Source: an uncultured Gammaproteobacteria bacterium (GTDB lineage Bacteria > Patescibacteriota > Patescibacteriia > Patescibacteriales > UBA12465). Taken from it: DNA of 47,313 nt. The translations under genes were made by a program, and so were the position numbers. Under the pieces are notes generated by a model. It was given only the letters and a program-made list of their open reading frames with translations. It made no database searches and had not been told where the DNA came from. Numbering within the stretch: position 1 is the first letter of the stretch; each line of letters begins with the position of its first letter. Location of the stretch: positions 1 through 47,313 of the forward strand of contig CAYURA010000002.1 of NCBI GenBank assembly GCA_964446775.1. Reading direction: 5' to 3'. Below are positions 44,920-47,313 of this stretch, piece after piece.

Positions 44920-45804
44920 ATGTTTATAAGAAAAAGACAAAAGAATAAAAATAGTAGGGGAAAGTTTAAAAAAAAGATAAAAAAAGATTATCAGTTTAAA
45001 TCTTTAAATAATCCTTTCTTTCGAGTTAAAAAAAATAAAGAGACTAAATCTAAAAAAAATAGAAAAATATTGAAATTTATAATATTTATCCTTGGTATTT
45101 TAGCTTTAATTTATCTAATATTTTTTTCAATGGTTTTCAAAATTAAAACTCTAGATGTATCTGGTTTAACTAGGATTAATAACGAAGCCATTGAGGAGTT
45201 TATGAAAACTTATCAGGAAAAAAAATCTTATTTAATTTTTCCTCGAACTAATATAATATTTTTAAATTCTAATGACTTAGCAGAACAAATTAAAGTCAAA
45301 TTTAAATTATCTCAAGCAGAAGTTAAAAAGAAATATTTTCATAAATTATTTATTATTCTTGATGAGAGACAGATATCTTTTATTTGGCGGGATGATCAAG
45401 AAGTGGCATACAGTGATATTAATGGTTGTTTGATTAGAGAGGCTCTCTTTTCTGATAATGATTTAGAAAAATATCCAATTTTACTTAGTGATACTAATAT
45501 TAACTATTTGAAAGATAATGATTGCCTAGATTTCAGGCCTGAGTATTTTCAAGCAGTACTTAGCTTAAATGATAGACTAATCAAAATAAAAGAATTGAAG
45601 CCAAAGAGTTTTATTCTAAGTTCAGAACTTAATAGTTTAATCGTAGATTTAGAGGATGGTCCAAATATTATATTTAATACTAAAGAGGATTTAGACCAAC
45701 AGATAAAAAAACTTTTGATTATTAAGCAAGAAAGAGTGGCAGAAGATTTTTTAGCTCTTGAGTATATTGATTTACGTTTTGGAGACTTAATTTATTTAAA
45801 ATAA
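44920..45804 (+). CDS. ftsQ: FtsQ/DivIB-like cell division protein (POTRA)
   Basis: Lys-rich N-terminus and a single TM, then a POTRA-like segment FKIKTLDVSGLTRINNEAIEEF. The alternative GTG start at 44911 overlaps the alr stop. Confidence 0.55.
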   Translation: MFIRKRQKNKNSRGKFKKKIKKDYQFKSLNNPFFRVKKNKETKSKKNRKILKFIIFILGILALIYLIFFSMVFKIKTLDVSGLTRINNEAIEEFMKTYQEKKSYLIFPRTNIIFLNSNDLAEQIKVKFKLSQAEVKKKYFHKLFIILDERQISFIWRDDQEVAYSDINGCLIREALFSDNDLEKYPILLSDTNINYLKDNDCLDFRPEYFQAVLSLNDRLIKIKELKPKSFILSSELNSLIVDLEDGPNIIFNTKEDLDQQIKKLLIIKQERVAEDFLALEYIDLRFGDLIYLK

Positions 45805-45823
45805 AAAATAATAATTAAACAAT

Positions 45824-45964
45824 ATGGAAAGAACTTTTAAACTTTTATTCGCTTTAGCAATCTTTTTATTTTCTCTTATAAGTATAGGCATATTTTTATT
45901 AATACTTAAAGTATTATTAATGTTTAACCCTGAATTACATATTTTGGGTTTAATAGTTAGTTAA
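45824..45964 (+). CDS. possible 46-aa hydrophobic peptide
   Basis: My own translation is MERTFKLLFALAIFLFSLISIGIFLLILKVLLMFNPELHILGLIVS. It starts 20 nt after the ftsQ-like stop. No homology was recognised. Confidence 0.25.
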   Translation: MERTFKLLFALAIFLFSLISIGIFLLILKVLLMFNPELHILGLIVS

Positions 45965-46280
45965 TATTGTTTAAGGTTCATTAATATACATTATGCGAAG
46001 TATTGCGATAGACTTAAAGCTAATCTTTTGATTAGCTTTTTCTATTTCTCACTTCCCTAATAACTTTAATTATTTTTAAGTTTAATCGTCTTTTTTAGAT
46101 CATCTTATATGATGTTTTTTAAATTTTAATTTATCAGCTTTATTATTATTCCTGTTTACTAAGTACTAAGATTATGTCTCATTAATCACTATAATTTAAA
46201 GTATTTCAGGTCATATCTATCAACTAGCATTTTAAATTTAAGTCTATAAAAACCAAATTTAGAACTTCCCTCCTAATTTA

Positions 46281-46289
46281 TGATATAAT
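46281..46289 (+). promoter_or_regulatory. candidate extended -10 promoter (TGaTATAAT) abutting the recombinase ATG
   Basis: TG at 46281-46282 and a perfect TATAAT at 46284-46289. The ATG is at 46298, so the transcript would be leaderless or nearly so. Confidence 0.4.
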
Positions 46290-46297
46290 ACAAATAT

Positions 46298-47254
46298 ATG
46301 AATGAAGAAAAAGCTATAATTAAATATTTAGGTAATTATCTTGATTACTGTGAAATTGAAAAAGGCTTATCTAATAAGACACAAGAAAACTACAGTCGTT
46401 TTTTACAAAAATTTTTTAATTGGTTAAAAAATAATGATTTAAATAAATTAAAGCCAAGCCAATTAACAATTGATCAGATATGGCATTATAAGGTTTTTTT
46501 GTCAAGACATAGGGACTCTAAGACTAGTAAAGCTTTGATGAAAAGTACTCAAAATTATTATTTAATTGCTTTGCGGTCACTTTTAGAGTTTTTTGTAGAG
46601 AAAGACATCCCCTCCCTAGCTCCGACAAAAGTAAAATTAGCTAAGGATCGAAGTGATAAGGAGATTAATTTCCTAAACTTAGATCAACTCTCTGCCCTAT
46701 TGAGTGCCCCAGATCTAAAGACTATTATCGGCTTGCGGGATAAAGCAATATTAGAATGTCTCTTTTCTACTGGTTTACGTGTCGCCGAGTTAACTGCTTT
46801 GAATTTAGAGCAAGTTAGGATTAAAGAAGGCGTAAAATCTTTGGAGATTGCTATTATTGGCAAAGGTTCTAAAGTACGGACAGTTTACTTCTCTTCTCGC
46901 GCTTTACAAGCTCTTAAAAACTATCTCAATGTACGTAAAGACTTAGACCCAGCCCTCTTTATTAATTATAAGCCAGGCAGCTCTAATTCGGCAGATTCAC
47001 GAAGGTTAACAGTTAAAAGTATTGAGAATATAGTTAAAAAATATGTTAAGATAGCGGGCTTGCCGATAATGGTTAGCCCTCACACTTTACGCCACTCATT
47101 TGCTACTGACTTACTTAATCAAGGTGTTGACTTAAGGACGGTGCAGGAGTTTCTCGGGCATAGCAATATAGCCACTACTCAAATCTATACCCATGTGACT
47201 AATAAGCAATTAGGAGATGTTCATCGTAAGGTTCATGAAAATAGAGATATATAG
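46298..47254 (+). CDS. xerC: tyrosine site-specific recombinase, XerC/XerD family
   Basis: N-terminal SAM-like core-binding domain, then GLRVAEL (Arg), HTLRHSFAT (H-x-x-R), GHSNIATTQIYTHV (His, Tyr). XerC versus XerD cannot be distinguished by eye. Confidence 0.85.
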   Translation: MNEEKAIIKYLGNYLDYCEIEKGLSNKTQENYSRFLQKFFNWLKNNDLNKLKPSQLTIDQIWHYKVFLSRHRDSKTSKALMKSTQNYYLIALRSLLEFFVEKDIPSLAPTKVKLAKDRSDKEINFLNLDQLSALLSAPDLKTIIGLRDKAILECLFSTGLRVAELTALNLEQVRIKEGVKSLEIAIIGKGSKVRTVYFSSRALQALKNYLNVRKDLDPALFINYKPGSSNSADSRRLTVKSIENIVKKYVKIAGLPIMVSPHTLRHSFATDLLNQGVDLRTVQEFLGHSNIATTQIYTHVTNKQLGDVHRKVHENRDI

Positions 47255-47267
47255 TATAGCATTTGTA

Positions 47268-47300
47268 AAAAAATAGATTCGTTTAAAGAATCTATTTTTA
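47268..47300 (+). terminator. rho-independent terminator after the recombinase gene
   Basis: AAAAAATAGATTC-GTTTAAA-GAATCTATTTTT starts 14 nt after the stop. Confidence 0.65.
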
Positions 47301-47313
47301 AATAATTTTTTAT

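Overview
AT-rich (roughly one-third GC by eye), very densely coded chromosomal segment. It looks like a small-genome Patescibacteria/CPR-type bacterium. The standard code applies, since TGA is used as a stop at eno and gap. About 45 protein genes lie in alternating strand blocks separated by clear hairpin terminators. I found no rRNA, tRNA, CRISPR array, transposase or IS. Most genes are housekeeping: rpsB-tsf, secE-nusG-rplK-rplA, rpmA, eno, pyk, gap, metG, serS, cca, tgt, rlmN, rsmI, tsaC, pyrG, dnaX, alr, ftsQ-like and xerC/D-like. The content most worth a second look: (1) an orphan TraD/VirD4-like coupling ATPase (35254..37785) fused to a membrane-anchored ~400-aa module of unknown function, with an ATPase-less paralog of that module at 412..1902 heading a cell-envelope cluster (GT4 glycosyltransferase, DUF4012, Ig-like surface protein); (2) two paralogous membrane-anchored surface proteins sharing a GP-x-PP-x-VG domain, plus a secreted glycosidase-like/FG-GAP protein; (3) a 26-bp-periodic direct repeat array with an inverted degenerate copy in the rpmA/ferredoxin intergenic region; (4) a 56-aa ferredoxin gene missing from the ORF track; (5) a Tgt homolog with all four zinc ligands substituted; (6) a possible dnaX -1 frameshift site; (7) a small strand-switch island holding an unrecognised 287-aa gene, a stop-interrupted membrane ORF and an Fe-SOD. 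All functional calls rest on motif recognition by eye. No database search was run.
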